Part shown: piece by piece, positions 12,601 to 22,308 of the stretch
How the letters are laid out: every line of letters starts with the position of its first letter
Numbering within the stretch: position 1 is the first letter of the stretch
Assembly (NCBI RefSeq): GCF_046119375.1
Contig: NW_027362769.1
Span: forward strand, 89,776,001-89,840,000
Source of the DNA: Phyllobates terribilis
Taxonomy: Eukaryota
Direction of reading: 5' to 3'
DNA: 64,000 bases
Made by a program: the position numbers and the translations under genes
Notes under the pieces: generated by a model
The model's input: the letters and a program-made list of their open reading frames with translations, nothing else
Told to the model about the DNA's origin: nothing
Databases searched by the model: none

Positions 12601-15521
12601 TAATGGCGGGATGCCACAGCTGCAGAATTGCCATTTTTGGGTCACCCCACCTTCCCCCAAAAAATGCAATGAAGAGAAATTAAAACTGTGTATGTACCCC
12701 AATAAATATTATGGCTTGCTACACAAAAAAAAGCCCTCACACAGAAAAAGTTATTGGCATCAGAAAACAGCAATGAAAAATAAATATTTTATAATTTTAT
12801 TTTTTTAAATCCGCTAAAAAAAACAAAACTATACTAGATAGGTATGGATGTCATTGTACTGATCTGAAGAATCATGCTGCCAGGTCATTATTTCTGCACA
12901 TCTAATGCAGTAAAAAGAAGACCCAATAATCTGTGTATTTTTTTTTTCACCATTTCACCCCATTTGGAATTTTTTCCCCAGTTTCTTTTCAGCCACTATA
13001 TGGTTAAGTCAATGATGGAAAAAAAAAACTATTGGAAAAAGGGGAGAAAAACAAAACAAAAATTAAAATGCAAAAACAAACAAAAAAATAAAAGTACCTG
13101 TTTCTGAAGGGGTTAAAAAAATTAAATGATAGTGAAAAGTCAGCAAAACATAAATACATTGGATGCTTATCAATTAACCTTTGGCTAATGATCACAGTCG
13201 GTCTAGATAAACTTATATGTAAACCTTAAAGGTGTCCTGCACAATTATACACACAAAGGGAGCAGCCAGACGGCCGTATAAATCGGACCGAGATCAGACT
13301 GCAATGCTTGGACTGGCCGGCGGCTCTAATGACCCGAGCATGACAGCTGTATAGAAATATATGAGGTAGTCACACTTGAGTAGGGAGAGCAGCCGGCCAG
13401 TCCGTGCAATGCAGTCTGATCTCGGTCAGATTTATACGGCCGTCTGATTGCACCCATATACAGAGAACATAGACTCTGCCCCCAGTTTTATGTATGGGAC
13501 CGGGGTGATCACAAAATATAACGTCAGTCGTATACTCACAGGCCCCATCCGCCATCAGGCAGCTGCACAGATCGTAGGTAGCGCACCATCTCCTTCTTGG
13601 TAGCGTCAGGGAGGGGAGTCTGTGTCACGTGGCACACAATCAGCAGACCTAAAAAGGGTCACAGATTTAGTCCACATTCACACACACAAGTTTTTTCACG
13701 TACAAAAAGAAACGACCAAGTTTCATCAGTGATTTTTGGTCAGAATTTATCAGTTTTTCTCTATTCTTTTCCTATGTAACAGTCTGTGAAAACGGACCGC
13801 ACTTGGATGCCATCCGAGTGCAGCCAATTTCTTTCACGGACCCATAGACTTGCCTTGCTGTTCCTGATCAGACACTTGGATCACAATTGGACCACTCTGT
13901 CTGCGGAAAACATGGACATGTGAATGATCCCATTCACTATTATAGATACGAGTGCTATCCGCGTGAAAAACACAGGTAGCGCTCGTATGCGAAACCTGAA
14001 TGAGGCCTTACAGCGAGTATAGTGTATGGCAGACAGATCTAGTCATAGGGGTCTGATGTGGCTGAAAAGTCTCACCTGGCATCAAGAACAGCGGTCCGCC
14101 ATAATCCCCAGCCCAATGCCCATCCTCCGCTTGTAAGGCAGAATAAAAAGTTAGTCCATTTTCTGCCCCATCCTGGGCCGTAAGCGCCTTGGGTAAGTCT
14201 TTAAAAAACTCATTCTGAAGAGAGCAAAAGCCGTGTTATTGATGATCAGCAACATATACAGATCCTAGAACAGATCACAGGCAGCACAAATGTGCGGACA
14301 CAACGTGCACAAGGGGCCAGCAATCATTTATAGAGGATTCTTCATTCGATTCAGCTTCACTTTAGCTGAAGAAGTTGTATGAAATGATCAACTTCCAAGT
14401 CCCTTTAACTCATTTTTAAGCCAACCATAGACAGGTTATGTGCATTACATGAAGGCCGGCACAGTCTGTTTTACATCACACTAAGTACTAAACAATTTAG
14501 GGTAACTTCCCAAGTGGCACCTCTACTTCAGACTTCTCGCAGAAGAGATGCTGAAGTAATAATCCCAGTGGCATTTACTGATGGGGATATCACTGAGAAG
14601 GAGCAGGGCAGCCGCACATTTCATCCTTTACATTGCAAATGGTGACATTTCCACCTACATTCAGCAGATCTCAACCCCACAGATTTGCACTGTTTGCCTT
14701 CTACAGTCTCTGTGACCCAGTATGTATTACTGACTGCAGAATGAGCTAACTGAGAATCTGTCAGTCAGCTATGATGATCTAAAATGGATTTTGTAACTCT
14801 TTCATTTCTCTTATTTTTTTTTACCTCCTTTCAGATGATTTATGACCATAGATCACATCAAAGTTGAATGTTTCACTGCACAAAGAGCCTGTAAAAGCCA
14901 AACGGTGCAACATTTTATAATGTATTATAGATCTGCTATTAATGAAAAGTAGATTATTTAAAGGGATTTTAATACTGGATCATTTTTTTTCCTAAAATCC
15001 TTAACCTAATACTACAGGCTGCAATTTAGTAATTCTTAGGTACCGTGTCCAGCCCCAGAGAGTGCGCCTCCAGGGCAGTTTGTGGGCGATCTTCTCCCTC
15101 CACATAGCGCCAGGTTTGCCTGCCCTCTGTGCACGAGAGGCGCCAGCGAGTGAGGTCTGTTGCAGGGTCGGTCTTGTACGGACCCCCCCTTCTGCGGAGA
15201 CACCTGGAACAAAACATTGCAAAATGCCTTTTTAGGTTTATTTTATTATTACCATTACAATGACTACAGTACATAACATATAATATTGGACAACTGCATA
15301 AATAGCAATTCCCCTTTTATAAGCAGGAGTAGAATACAACAAAACTACTCAGCACCTAAAACTGATTGTACACAAGGCTATATAATACATGATTGTTAGA
15401 TCAGGCAGCACATTTGCAAAGTTTACTTTTCTGCAGCCTGTGCTCCTCCATATTTCTATGCAGCATTGATTCCAGTGACAATCACCATGCAGCAGCCTAA
15501 TACTCACGTTCCTTCGCTCAT
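3786..15521 (-). CDS. LSS: Lanosterol synthase (oxidosqualene cyclase), coding exons 1-16 (1558 nt, about 519 codons); remaining exons lie left of the window
   Basis: Sixteen exons joined with GT-AG sites in continuous frame. N-terminus [24 protein letters not shown] motifs ([16 protein letters not shown]), WCHCR and the catalytic DCTAE motif are present. Confidence 0.97.
3967..4116 (-). CDS. LSS: LSS exon 15 ([24 protein letters not shown]...DAVDV), carries catalytic DCTAE
   Basis: attcag/gtaaga junctions, 150 nt. Confidence 0.97.
4324..4374 (-). CDS. LSS: LSS exon 14 ([17 protein letters not shown])
   Basis: ttgcag/gttggt junctions, 51 nt. Confidence 0.95.
4948..5019 (-). CDS. LSS: LSS exon 13 ([24 protein letters not shown])
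   Basis: ctacag/gtgaag junctions, 72 nt. Confidence 0.93.
5065..5304. other. Assembly gap (240 N) in LSS intron 12
   Basis: Run of N. Confidence 0.99.
5409..5465 (-). CDS. LSS: LSS exon 12 ([19 protein letters not shown])
   Basis: tcttag/gtaaag junctions, 57 nt. Confidence 0.96.
6650..8274 (+). mobile_element. Tc1 DNA transposon, full length (about 1625 bp), in LSS intron 11
   Basis: TIRs CAGTACAGA(A/C)CAAAAGTTTGGACACACC at both ends; right flank TA; next to a (TA)n run. Confidence 0.93.
7064..8110 (+). pseudogene. Tc1 DD34E transposase pseudogene
   Basis: ATG 7064; premature TGA 7139-7141 and TAG 7853-7855; [25 protein letters not shown]; frameshift near the C-terminus. Confidence 0.9.
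8387..8414 (-). CDS. LSS: LSS exon 11 (LGLDGMKMQ)
   Basis: ttgcag/gtacat junctions, 28 nt, phase fits both neighbours. Confidence 0.93.
8676..9307. mobile_element. TTAA-flanked palindromic MITE (T2/Kolobok-like)
   Basis: ttaaagagaatcggtcagtaggatcaaccc ... gggttgatcctactgacagattcccttcaa; no coding capacity. Confidence 0.75.
9579..9676 (-). CDS. LSS: LSS exon 10 ([16 protein letters not shown]...IPDYLW)
   Basis: tcacag/gtaagt junctions, 98 nt. Confidence 0.96.
9763..9881 (-). CDS. LSS: LSS exon 9 (LLNIYESYH...[12 protein letters not shown])
   Basis: tcgcag/gtaagt junctions, 119 nt. Confidence 0.96.
10033..10141 (-). CDS. LSS: LSS exon 8 ([17 protein letters not shown]...LLDFAY)
   Basis: gtgcag/gtaaga junctions, 109 nt. 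Confidence 0.96.
10211..10346 (-). CDS. LSS: LSS exon 7 ([28 protein letters not shown]...SLRQ)
   Basis: ttctag/gtaagc junctions, 136 nt. Confidence 0.96.
10449..10920. mobile_element. TTAA-flanked palindromic MITE
   Basis: ttaaaggggttatccactact ... tagtggacaacccttttcaa with internal inverted arms. Confidence 0.75.
11171..11267 (-). CDS. LSS: LSS exon 6 ([33 protein letters not shown])
   Basis: ttgcag/gtgagt junctions, 97 nt. Confidence 0.96.
11390..11511 (-). CDS. LSS: LSS exon 5 ([22 protein letters not shown]...HSK)
   Basis: tcgcag/gtaggt junctions, 122 nt. Confidence 0.96.
11557..12177 (+). mobile_element. 5'-truncated L1-clade LINE (ORF2 C-terminus, 3'UTR, A-rich tail), antisense in LSS intron 4
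   Basis: [14 protein letters not shown]...[14 protein letters not shown] resembles non-mammalian L1 ORF2 ends; AATAAA and A-rich tail at 12150-12177; 15-bp TSD aacatagaattaata (11542-11556) vs aacatataatcaata (12178-12192). Confidence 0.75.
13540..13648 (-). CDS. LSS: LSS exon 4 (GLLIVCHV...[11 protein letters not shown])
   Basis: ttttag/gtgagt junctions, 109 nt. Confidence 0.96.
14076..14214 (-). CDS. LSS: LSS exon 3 (NEFFKDLPK...[20 protein letters not shown])
   Basis: cttcag/gtgaga junctions, 139 nt, QW motif. Confidence 0.96.
15044..15203 (-). CDS. LSS: LSS exon 2 ([22 protein letters not shown]...LGLDT)
   Basis: ttccag acceptor, gtacct donor, 160 nt. Confidence 0.95.
15508..15521 (-). 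CDS. LSS: LSS coding exon 1 (ATG AGC GAA GGA AC; MSEGT)
   Basis: 14-nt exon followed by a GTGAGT donor; phase fits exon 2 and matches the mammalian MTEGT start. Confidence 0.9.
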
Positions 15522-15689
15522 TTCTCTGTTCTTAACCTGGTTACTTTCTACCGATCCATCCTTTAAAACCAAGGAGGATAATGAATTAAGACGCAAAGAA
15601 TTCTAGGACTTGTAGTTCTTGAAGCGCCTCAAGCCAAAACCCGTAATAGTAAAAGACTCCATTTCCCAGGCGACATCGAGCCGCCAGAT

Positions 15690-15800
15690 CATACGTCACA
15701 CTATCCTGATATGAGCAGAGGCAGCATGAGCCAATCGCGGCGCAGAGAGCTGTATACACGTAGGCGGGGCCATTACCTGTCAGCCAATGGGTGGTGAGAA
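15690..15800 (-). promoter_or_regulatory. Putative LSS proximal promoter: two CCAAT boxes, GC box, SRE-like element
   Basis: AGCCAAT with CCAAT at 15731-15735 and 15784-15788; GGCGGGGC at 15763-15770; CTCACCACC on minus at 15790-15798; CpG-rich and 170-280 nt upstream of the ATG. The NF-Y+Sp1+SRE combination is typical of SREBP target genes. Confidence 0.55.
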
Positions 15801-16139
15801 ATACAGAATAGCGTGTTTCTTCCAGTGATGTCGCTGTATTTCTGCAGCTGGTCTCGGAGTGAGAGGTCAGAGCTGTCGGGAGACGGAGAAGCTGCAGTTC
15901 GTGTAGTAAAGGCAGCTGCGGCATTATAAATAAAAGTATGACCTTATATTAGTGTATGGTATACAGTATGAGTAAAGGCAACCTGTCAGCCCCTTTCTAT
16001 AACACCCTCCCCCTCAATAGGTGACATGGTAACCCTCAAAGTGTTCTTCTTAAAAAAAACCATTAACCTCCTTCCATAGGTCCCAGCAGTCGGACCCCCA
16101 AAATGGGTGTTATGGGCGCACCTGGAGAGGTGGATCCGC

Positions 16140-17120
16140 TTAGGCTGTGTGCCCACTATGCGTTTTTTAAGCATTTCCGCAGCAGCAATTCCGCTGCAGA
16201 AACACTTAAAAAACGCTTGGTAGAAGGTCTGCCATGTTCCCCAATGATAATCCGCATGTGCTCTGCACAAGCTGCGGAAATTTCCGCTGCGGATTATCAT
16301 TGCGGAAAAATCCGCAGCACTACCAATTATTTTGCGGAAGCGCAGCGGTTTCGCTGCCATTGACTTGCACTGGACCGCATGACATCCGCATCACTGTATA
16401 TGTACATGCGGAATCCATGCGTTTCAATGTGCGGATGGTACCCGGGTGTGGAGAAGAGGAGACTCTCCTCCGGACCCGGGTACCATAGTACCTGTAAAAA
16501 AAAAAAGAATTTAAAATAAAAAATATACATTATACTTACCTTCTGATGGCCCCCGATGCCCCGGTGTCTTTAGTGATGCGTCTTGGCTTGCCGGCAGCTC
16601 ACGATGGTCTAAAAAGGACCTGCCATGACGTCATTTAGTCGCGTGACCCGTCACATGACTAAATGACGTCATGGCAGGTCCTTTTAGTTCACCACAAGCT
16701 GCCGGCAAGCCAGGACGCATCGCTAAGGGCACCGGGGGCTATCAGAAGGTAAGTATAATGTATATTTTTTAGTTTAAATTCTTTTAACAGGTACTATGGT
16801 ACCCGGGTCTGGAGGAGAATCTCCTCTTCTCCAAACCCGGGTACCATTCTTTTCCGGTCACACTATATAAATCCATGCCGGTTGCATGGATTTATATAGT
16901 GTGACCAAGTTGACAAGCACTTTCCAAGTGATGCTAAAATCGCTTGGAAAGCGCTTGACAACCCGCATGCGGAAATGCATGTGAAGAACGCTTCACATCC
17001 GCTTATCCCTGGCAGGAAAAACGCATGTACAATCCGCATGAGTTTTTTTTTCTGCCAGGGAGATGCAGAAACGCTCAGGAAAAATCCGGAGCATTTCTGC
17101 ATCATGGGCTCATAGCCTAA
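16140..17120. mobile_element. Palindromic MITE of about 1 kb just upstream of the LSS promoter
   Basis: ttaggctgtgtgccca ... tgggctcatagcctaa; near-perfect inner palindrome about 16430-16850. Confidence 0.8.
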
Positions 17121-17254
17121 GACGTAGGTCAGGGTGAGCAGCACGCACATGAGGCAGTGGAACTGGCCTCGCCAGATGGCATCTTACCAGCAAGGACCAG
17201 CAGAGTTTGGATATGCAAGACAGCAAGTGAATCCGCACAGCTGGAAGTGCTAGA

Positions 17255-17420
17255 TCCAGCAGAGTCCAGTGTGCAGGCAGCACCGTGAATCAGCAGAGAC
17301 GAGTAGGCTGTTGTGAACCTTGGTGCAGCAGAGTCTAGTGTGCAGGCAGCACTGTGAATTAGCAGAGACGAGTAGGCTGTTGGGAACCTTGATGCAGCAG
17401 AGTTGAGTGTGCGGATACTG
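17255..17420 (+). repeat. Short tandem repeat, about 3 copies of about 68 bp (gcagcagagtc.agtgtgcaggcagcac.gtgaat.agcagagacgagtaggctgttg)
   Basis: Directly visible. Confidence 0.7.
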
Positions 17421-18469
17421 TAAATCATCAGAGGTGAGTAGGCAAGTAGGTACCTTGCTACTGAATATATGAGTGTACAGACAGCTCATTGGATTAGCAG
17501 AGACAAATTGGTAGTCAGTCACCTGGTTGCAGCACACAGGAACAGCAGAGCTGCATTGGGATTAAATCACCTTGCCGCAGATTGCTTACCATGCTCTGCT
17601 GTTCCTGAATGCTATTAGGCACCTGGTTGTTGCTAAACAAAATAGGAAATGTGGATAGACTCCTGGACAAGAAGTGGTAGCAACGTGCACCTGCTAGCTG
17701 AAAACTCAGGCGGTGCACAGCTGCCTGACTCTGCCTTAAAAGATCTTATCAGAGGTGAGTGCCAAGTTACTATAGGAACTTGACGTTCACTGGCACAGAT
17801 GGAGCCAGCTGTAGTGGAAGGAGGGAGTAAAGCACAGAGCTGGAGTCAGGACACATGAGTAACAAAATGACTCTAGCCCCCTCGAGTGAAGCAGAGGTGC
17901 GAATTATCGTCCTCCACTCCACTCGTTGCCCATGGGACTGAGAAGTAGCCGAGCGCTTTCTCCAGCAATCCCATAGACAAACTGAGCTGAGCGCCTTCAC
18001 TCCATTCAGGACCCCCCAGCGACTAAGTCATCCTCTATCCAATTTATCATTTTAGGAATAACCTTTTAAGGATGCAGCCTAATTTAGCTTTCAAGACGCA
18101 ATGATTATTTTTTTTTCATGCCCAACTTCCAAGAGCCACAACTTTCAATAATTTTTTTTGGGTGGAGAAAACAAGTGAAACAATCAGCACTAGGATGCAA
18201 CATGAGTCTGTTTTTTTCACAGATCCATTGACTTAGATTGGCGATTCCAATTCCAAAATCGGACATTTCTTCATTTTTATTTGCAAACCGCAAGAAAGTG
18301 CATGTGAAAATCTATGAAAAACATAAAACAGATACGACAAAAATAAATGTCTGAATAAGACATAAAGCACAAAAATCAGTTGATCTCTATATGTAACAAA
18401 TTATTTCTACAGCTGTAGCAGAACAAAGGTTTGTGCCGGAGAATCAGAAAGCTCTGACTTAGCTTTCAG

Positions 18470-19260
18470 CGGTCCTGGCCAAATGTTTTGAGACCGACAC
18501 AAAATTTGGTTCTCAGATTTTGCTACTTCAGTGTTTTTAGACCTTTAAGCGAGATGTTTTTATGGTTCCTGAAATAAAATTATAAGAATGTCATAAGTTT
18601 TTAATATTTTATTGACAAGTACATCAAGTTTACGCAAAGACTCAATATTTACAGTATTGTCTCTTATTTTTCAAGACTCCTGTAATTTGCCCAGGCGTCT
18701 TGGATATCAGCTTCTTGGCCAAATCCTGACAGATGACGACACATTCTTGTCTAATCAGTGCATGGAGTTTATCACAATATCTGTGTTTTTGTTTGTCCTG
18801 CTTTTTCAGGATTGACCACAAATTACCAATGGCATCGAATCTCCGCACTTTCCTGGCCATTGGCTCAATATGCCAATGTTTTGTTCACCGAGCCTCTTAG
18901 TTATCACATTTCCCTTGTGAAATGCTGGAAAAACCATTGTTCATCACCCAATTGCTCCTTGATCGTTGGGAGAAGTTGCTTTTGGAGGAGGTCTACCATT
19001 CATTATTCGTAGCAGTGTTCTTAGGTGAAATTGTGAGTGAGCTCACTCCCCATGGATGAAAAGCAGATCCACACATGAATGGTCTCAGGATGCTTTACTG
19101 CTGGCATGATACAGGACTCATGGTATCGCTCACCTCTTCTTCTTGATGTCCCAGTCTGAAGGGGGCTTCATCAGAGAAAATAACTTTACCCCTGTCTTCT
19201 TCAGTCCAATCCCTGTACTTTCTGTAAAGTTATTTTCTCTGATGAAGCCCCTTCAGAATG
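18470..19260 (-). mobile_element. Decayed 3' fragment of a Tc1 transposon
   Basis: TIR-like cggtcctggccaaatgttttgaga; minus-strand remnants KYRDWTEEDRGKVIFSDEAPF and NLWSILKK. Confidence 0.75.
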
Positions 19261-19570
19261 TTTAGGACATCTACAAGAATGATTGGGTGTGTTAAAAATA
19301 AAACTGGATCCCACACAGATCATCCATATTTGATCTCTGGATGAAAATTGAACGATTATTCATACGCTTGTGTGACCCCGACTTAAGTCTTATTGCTCCC
19401 TAGACACTATTTTGTCTTGTTTTTTACTATTCTTTCTCTCCCATTCCAATATTCATGAATTCTTGTCCACGTTCACTCAGAGCCTGTATCTCATTTTTGC
19501 CTATCATACCTCACAACACGATATCATTGTGCAAAGGAGAATTGTTTGTCATTGTAAGATAAAGCCACCA

Positions 19571-20200
19571 TAAAGGCCCCGTCACACTAAGCGATGCAGC
19601 AGCGATCCCGACAACGATACGACCTGTCAGGGATCGTTGCTGCATCGCTAATACATCGCTGGTGAGATGTCAAACAGGCAGGCTCACCAGCGATCAGGGG
19701 AGCAGCGATATTGTGGAAAGAATCGTTCCACGATGTCCTGCTCCAGTTACCAGCCTGCTGCAAGCAGGAGCAGGCTGGTAACTATGGTAAACATCGGGTT
19801 ACTAAGTGCGCGTGTGCCCCTAGTAACCCGCTGTTTACCATGGATACCACTCTGCTACGGTGCGCGGGAGCCTCCGAGCACCGTAGCAGAGTGGTATCCA
19901 TGGTAAACAGCGGGTTACTAAGTGCGCGCGTGCCCCTAGTAACCCGATGTTTACCATAGTTACCAGCCAGATCGTTGGTCCCGCTGGTCACACACAGCGA
20001 TGTGTGCTGGCCAGCGGGAGGCCAACGACCAAAAAATGGTCCAGGACACTTTGCAGCGATCAGCGACCTCACAGCAGGGGCCTGATCGTTGCAAAGTGTC
20101 ACACACAGCGACATCGCTGGTGAGGTCGCTAGTGAGTCACCAAAACCGTGACACAGCAGCGATATCGCTAGCGATATCGCTATGTGAGACGGGGGCTTAA
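19571..20200. mobile_element. Palindromic MITE with internal tandem repeats
   Basis: aaggccccgtcacact ... tgtgagacgggggcttaa. Confidence 0.8.
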
Positions 20201-20645
20201 GACTTGCAAAAAAGATAACTTACAGTCAGGACATTATCAAAATCCTCCTTGGTACTGTTATTAAAGGAACTCATCCCAAGACTAATGATTCCAATACTGC
20301 ATTCAACTAGTAATGGTGAATTAGGCAATTATCTGGGACGCAAATTCTGTAGGTATACAAGCACAGAATCATAGAGTTAGCTCATACCGTCATGTCCTAT
20401 AATTGATTTTTTTTTTTTAGCTTAGTTACACAGTGCCATTAATTCCACAGCACTTTACAGACATGATCATTGCTGTCCCCAATGGGGCTCACAATCTAGA
20501 TTTCCTATCAATATGTCTTTGGAGTGTGGGAGGAAACCGAAGAAAATCCATGCAAGCACGGGGAGAACATGCAAACAAGTAATTGTATATATTCAAGCGC
20601 AGCTTTCTTTGCCATCCCTGCACCTCATGACATGGAAGTGATATA

Positions 20646-22210
20646 CACTGCTCAAAAAAATAAAGGGAACACTTAAACAACAGAATATAACTCATAGTAA
20701 ATCAAACTGTCCACTTAGGAAGCAACACTGATTGACAATCAATTTCACATGCTGTTGTGCAAATGGAATAGACAATAGATGGAAATTATTGGCAATTATC
20801 AAGACACCCTCAATAAAGGAGTGGTTCTGCAGGTGGGGACCACAGACCACATCTCAGTACCAATGCTTTCTGGCTGATGTTTTGGTCACTTTTGAATGTT
20901 GGTTGTGCTTTCACACTCGTGGTAGCATGAGACAGACTCTACAACCCACAGAAGTTGCTCAGGTAGTGCAGCTCATCCAGGATGGCACATCAATGCGAGC
21001 TGTGGCAAGAAGGTTTGCTGTGTCTGTCAGTGTAGTGTCCAGAGGCTGGAGGCGCTACCAGGAGACAGGCCAGTACACCAGGAGACGTGGAGGGGGCCGT
21101 AGGATGGCAACCATCCAGCAGCAGGACCACTACCTCCGCCTTTGTGCAAGGAGGAACTGGAGGAGCACTGCCAGAGCCCTGCAAAATGACCTCCAGCAGG
21201 CCACAAATGTGCATGTGTCTGCACAAATGGTTAGAAACCGACTCCATGAGGGTGGTATGAGGGCCCGACGTCCACAGATGGGGGTTGTGCTCACAGCCCA
21301 ACACCGTGCAGGACGCTTGGCATTTGCCACAGAACACCAGGATTGGCAAAGTCGCCACTGGCGCCCTGTGCTCTTCACAGATGAAAGCAGGTTCACACTG
21401 AGCACATGTGACAGACGTGACAGAGTCTGGAGATGCTGTGGAGAGTGATCTGAGGTCTGCAACATCCTTCAGCATGACCGGTTTTGCAGTGGGTCAGTAA
21501 TGATGTGGGGTGGCATTTCTTTGGAGGGCCGCACAGCCCTCCATGTGCTCGCCAGAGGTAGCCTGACTGCCATTAGGTACAGAGATGAGATCCTCAGACC
21601 CCTTGTGAGACCATATGCTGGTGCGGTTGGCCCTGGGTTCCTCCTAATTTAGGGCAATGCCAGACCTCATGTGGCTGGAGTGTGTCAGCAGTTCCTGCAA
21701 GATGAAGGCATTGAAGCTATGGACTGGCCCACCCGTTCCCCAGACCTGAATCCGAATGAGCACATCTGGGACATCATGTCTCGCTCCATCCACCAACGTC
21801 ACGTTGCACCACAGACTGTCCAGGAGTTGGTGGATGCTTTAGTCCAGGTCTGGGAGGAGATCCCACAGGAGACCATCCGCAACCTCATTAGGAGCATGCC
21901 CAGGCGTTGTAGGGAGGTCATACAGGCACGTGGAGGCCACACACAATACTGAGCCTCATTTTGACTTGTTTTAAGGACTTTACATCAAAGTTGGATCAGC
22001 CTGTAGTGTGTTTTTCCACTTTAATTTTGGGGGTGACTCCAAATCCAGGCCTCCATTGGTTAATAAATTTGATTTCCATTGATGATTTTTGTGTGATTTT
22101 GTTGTCAGCACATTCAACTTTGTACAGAACAAAGTATTCAATGAGAATATTTCATTCATTCAGATCTAGGATGTGTTATTTGAGTGTTCCCTTTATTTTT
22201 TTGAGCAGTG
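20646..22210 (+). mobile_element. Tc1 DNA transposon, full length (1565 bp), 28-bp TIRs, inserted 2 nt after the YBEY stop codon
   Basis: TA|CACTGCTCAAAAAAATAAAGGGAACACT ... AGTGTTCCCTTTATTTTTTTGAGCAGTG|CA. Confidence 0.95.
20927..21952 (+). pseudogene. Tc1 DD34E transposase pseudogene
   Basis: [27 protein letters not shown]; TGA at 21446-21448; QDNA motif mutated to TAG-GGC-AAT. Confidence 0.9.
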
Positions 22211-22212
22211 CA

Positions 22213-22308
22213 TTATTCTTGGTCATAATGCTCTGAAGTCAGTGGCGTAAGTGCAGATCCAGAAGCTCGGTTTATCGCCATTAGAACTTCACTTTCCTTC
22301 TCAAACAT
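22213..22308 (-). CDS. YBEY: YBEY last coding exon (MFEKESEVLMAINRASGSALTPLTSEHYDQE*)
   Basis: ttaacag acceptor; resembles the mammalian MFQKEK...LQPLT C-terminus; TAA stop. Confidence 0.9.
   Translation of the reverse strand: MFEKESEVLMAINRASGSALTPLTSEHYDQE

Noticed and set aside
12500-13115. piggyBac-like non-autonomous fragments ending in GGGGTTAA (also about 51250-51530 and 63180-63460)
   Set aside because: A shared repeat family is likely, but only one end is identifiable per copy, so I could not support boundaries.
17125-18010. Possible solo LTR upstream of LSS
   Set aside because: It has LTR-like short repeats, but I could not define TG...CA ends or a TSD.
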